Virus record (IMG/VR): IMGVR_UViG_3300037458_001109 | Coordinates: 1-45,841 of that record | Length of the DNA stretch: 45,841 nucleotides | Reading direction: 5' to 3' (one strand) | Source: a virus | Lineage: Duplodnaviria; Caudoviricetes | Part shown: positions 44,199-45,841 of the stretch, one piece after another | Layout: each line of letters opens with the position of its first letter | Position numbering within the stretch: the first letter of the stretch is position 1 | The notes under the pieces: model-generated | What the model saw: only the letters and a program-made list of their open reading frames with translations | Databases searched by the model: none | What the model was told of the DNA's origin: nothing | Translations under genes and position numbers: made by a program

Positions 44199-44541
44199 AA
44201 ATCAAGGGCCGGGGCCCGAAACCAACGAATGGCTTCGTGCAAAGCTGACCGAGAAGGAGTATGCTGCGGTGATGGTCGGTCTGCAGAAGGAAGCCGAGCG
44301 ACTGGCGAAGGTGATGGGGTGGCAGGTTGCGAAGAACCTGGCCAAGTCTAAGACGGCCTGGTACAGCACGATTGTCGCCGGCGGGCTGCCGTACGTGGTG
44401 GAGCACTGGAACGAGATTCAGCCTCAGCTCGAGAGCATCTTCGGGGAGTCGGTCGTCGGCAAGCTGGCTGCGCTGTACTGGGCCGGCGCGATCTTGATTC
44501 GCGCTTTCACCAAGAAGCCGCTGACGGAGGTGCCTAAGTGA
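44188..44541 (+). CDS. putative holin
   Basis: KSKT.W, two hydrophobic segments, IR..T..PL C-terminus; follows endolysin. Confidence 0.6.
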   Translation: MDSENQGPGPETNEWLRAKLTEKEYAAVMVGLQKEAERLAKVMGWQVAKNLAKSKTAWYSTIVAGGLPYVVEHWNEIQPQLESIFGESVVGKLAALYWAGAILIRAFTKKPLTEVPK

Positions 44542-44909
44542 GCGAGTTCCGCAGTCACCTGCTCACCGACATGGTGCAGGAAGCGCACGAAACCGGATCG
44601 GGGCGCCCGATGTACCAGCTTCACGAGGACTTCGTCTACTTTTCCGACCTGCTTCAACGTGATGTCGTCGTGCCAAAAGGTTACCTGACCGACTTTGCAT
44701 CAGTCCCGCGCGTACCGCTAGCGTGGTGGCTGACTGGAGGTCACGGTAATCGTGCAGCGGTCATTCACGACTACCTGTGCGGTACGATCGATCGTGCAAC
44801 AGCCGACAAAGTCTTTCGGGAAGCGCTGGCCACGTCCGGAACTCCGGGCTGGCGCACGTGGGTCATGTACGTAGGGGTGCGGATCGGGGCTTTCTTCTCC
44901 CGGAGGTAG
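44538..44909 (+). CDS. DUF1353 family protein
   Basis: VP.G..TDFASVPR, AAVIHDYL, AD.VF.EAL, MY.GVR. Confidence 0.88.
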   Translation: MSEFRSHLLTDMVQEAHETGSGRPMYQLHEDFVYFSDLLQRDVVVPKGYLTDFASVPRVPLAWWLTGGHGNRAAVIHDYLCGTIDRATADKVFREALATSGTPGWRTWVMYVGVRIGAFFSRR

Positions 44910-44922
44910 CGCGTCAAGCGCT

Positions 44923-44988
44923 TGCGTGCGGGGGTCGCGCACGCATTCGGGCACGGGGGCTGGGGTCCTAGTAGCGGGACCCGCCCCC
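44923..44988. terminator. GC-rich hairpins between convergent operons
   Basis: TGCGTGCG...CGCACGCA and GGGGC-GGGTCC...GGACCC-GCCCC; no U tract. Confidence 0.45.
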
Positions 44989-45065
44989 GTAAGCTGTTAG
45001 AAGCATTTACGACAGTCGTCGTTGCCCTCTGTAAAAGCACCCCGACCGAAGCCGGGGCAGGGGGA

Positions 45066-45662
45066 CTACACCTGGTGGTGAGACACTGTCTTGTCGGCAC
45101 GTGTCAGTGCAGCGACATCGGTGTATGCTTTTGGGTAGCGGAGGCGGAGCTTCTGAATGTTCTCGAACAGCATCTCCATCGGCTCCAGCTGCACCTCCAT
45201 CAGCAGATAAACGTGTGTGCGGATGTAGGCCTGCATTTGCCCCGACAGTGCGAGCACCTCATTGTTATACGAGGTTACCAGGTTCGCCATCTGTGCCAGC
45301 GGAGGAAGAAACTGTCTGCTGTACGTCTCGAGACGCTCTGTCCGTTCGGGAGCGAAGCGAAGCATGGCGTCGAACGTGCGAATGGCTTCGTCCACGGCCT
45401 TGCCCCCGACGTCAGCAAGCCAGATGCCGGCGGCGTCGCAGAGGATGGCCGCGTACCACATGCTGTCGCCGAACTCTTCGCCGATGTTGGCGATGTCCAG
45501 CTCCTTGCTGTAGATGGTGTGCTTTTTGATGGCATCGCAGATCTCACCAGTCTCGGTGATAAGCCCCAGCATCCCGTGGCTCAGTCGCCGCCTGTGAGGC
45601 ATCGGCTTCTCGGTGCGCAGTGCGAGGGGTTGATAGTCCGTCCAAGTCAGTACGTTGTCCAT
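45066..45662 (-). CDS. MazG-like nucleotide pyrophosphohydrolase
   Basis: GL.TE.GE..DA.KK, EE.GD..WY, N..KL..RYP. Confidence 0.85.
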   Translation of the reverse strand: MDNVLTWTDYQPLALRTEKPMPHRRRLSHGMLGLITETGEICDAIKKHTIYSKELDIANIGEEFGDSMWYAAILCDAAGIWLADVGGKAVDEAIRTFDAMLRFAPERTERLETYSRQFLPPLAQMANLVTSYNNEVLALSGQMQAYIRTHVYLLMEVQLEPMEMLFENIQKLRLRYPKAYTDVAALTRADKTVSHHQV

Positions 45663-45675
45663 CCTCTTCTCCTTG

Positions 45676-45840
45676 TCACTTGTAAGCCGATGCGTGGCAC
45701 TTCGCCGTTTCTTCCACCGTCACTGCAACCAGCACGACGCCGGTTCCCTCCAGTTGCTGGGGCCCCACAACGTTAAGCAGGTGCTCGGCCATGTTCTCTG
45801 CCGTCGGGTTGAAGGGCGTCCAGACGATGCTGTGGCCGAA
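45676..45840 (-). CDS. queD: 6-carboxytetrahydropterin synthase, C-terminal part (runs off window)
   Basis: Manual translation FGHSIVWTPFNPTAENMAEHLL...VTVEETAKCHA: PTAEN and ET motifs of QueD/PTPS. Confidence 0.8.
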   Translation of the reverse strand, partial: FGHSIVWTPFNPTAENMAEHLLNVVGPQQLEGTGVVLVAVTVEETAKCHASAYK

Positions 45841-45841
45841 G

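Noticed and set aside
1-45841. tRNA genes, integrase/att site, alternative genetic code
   Set aside because: No T-loop/cloverleaf seen in gaps; no recombinase motifs; all three stop codons end genes normally and core genes are uninterrupted

Overview
A roughly 46 kb section of a GC-rich, long-tailed (siphovirus-type) dsDNA phage, probably of a Gram-negative/proteobacterial host (inferred from the DUF2460-DUF2163-NlpC/P60 tail tip and GH108 lysin). Positions 1-13.2 kb form a leftward early/replication arm: SF2 and DnaB helicases, queE, an origin-like palindromic region, DUF932, DUF2786, a histone H1-like protein and many small ORFs. A structured ~600-nt non-coding leader and divergent promoters lie at 13.2-13.95 kb. 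The rightward late arm (14.0-44.9 kb) runs terS, terL, an unusual 7-kb fibre/adhesin cassette, portal, an ADP-ribosyltransferase-MuF fusion, protease/scaffold, capsid, neck, tail, tail tip, fibre and lysis. The window ends in a convergent MazG-like gene and a partial queD, so 7-deazaguanine DNA modification is likely. I saw no integrase, tRNA or CRISPR. The best candidates for new biology are: (i) a possible ruler-templated filament with a split adhesin domain, encoded between terL and portal; (ii) a head polyprotein with an N-terminal R-S-E ART domain bounded by putative protease sites; (iii) the long structured RNA leader. All family calls are from motif recognition by eye; no searches were run.
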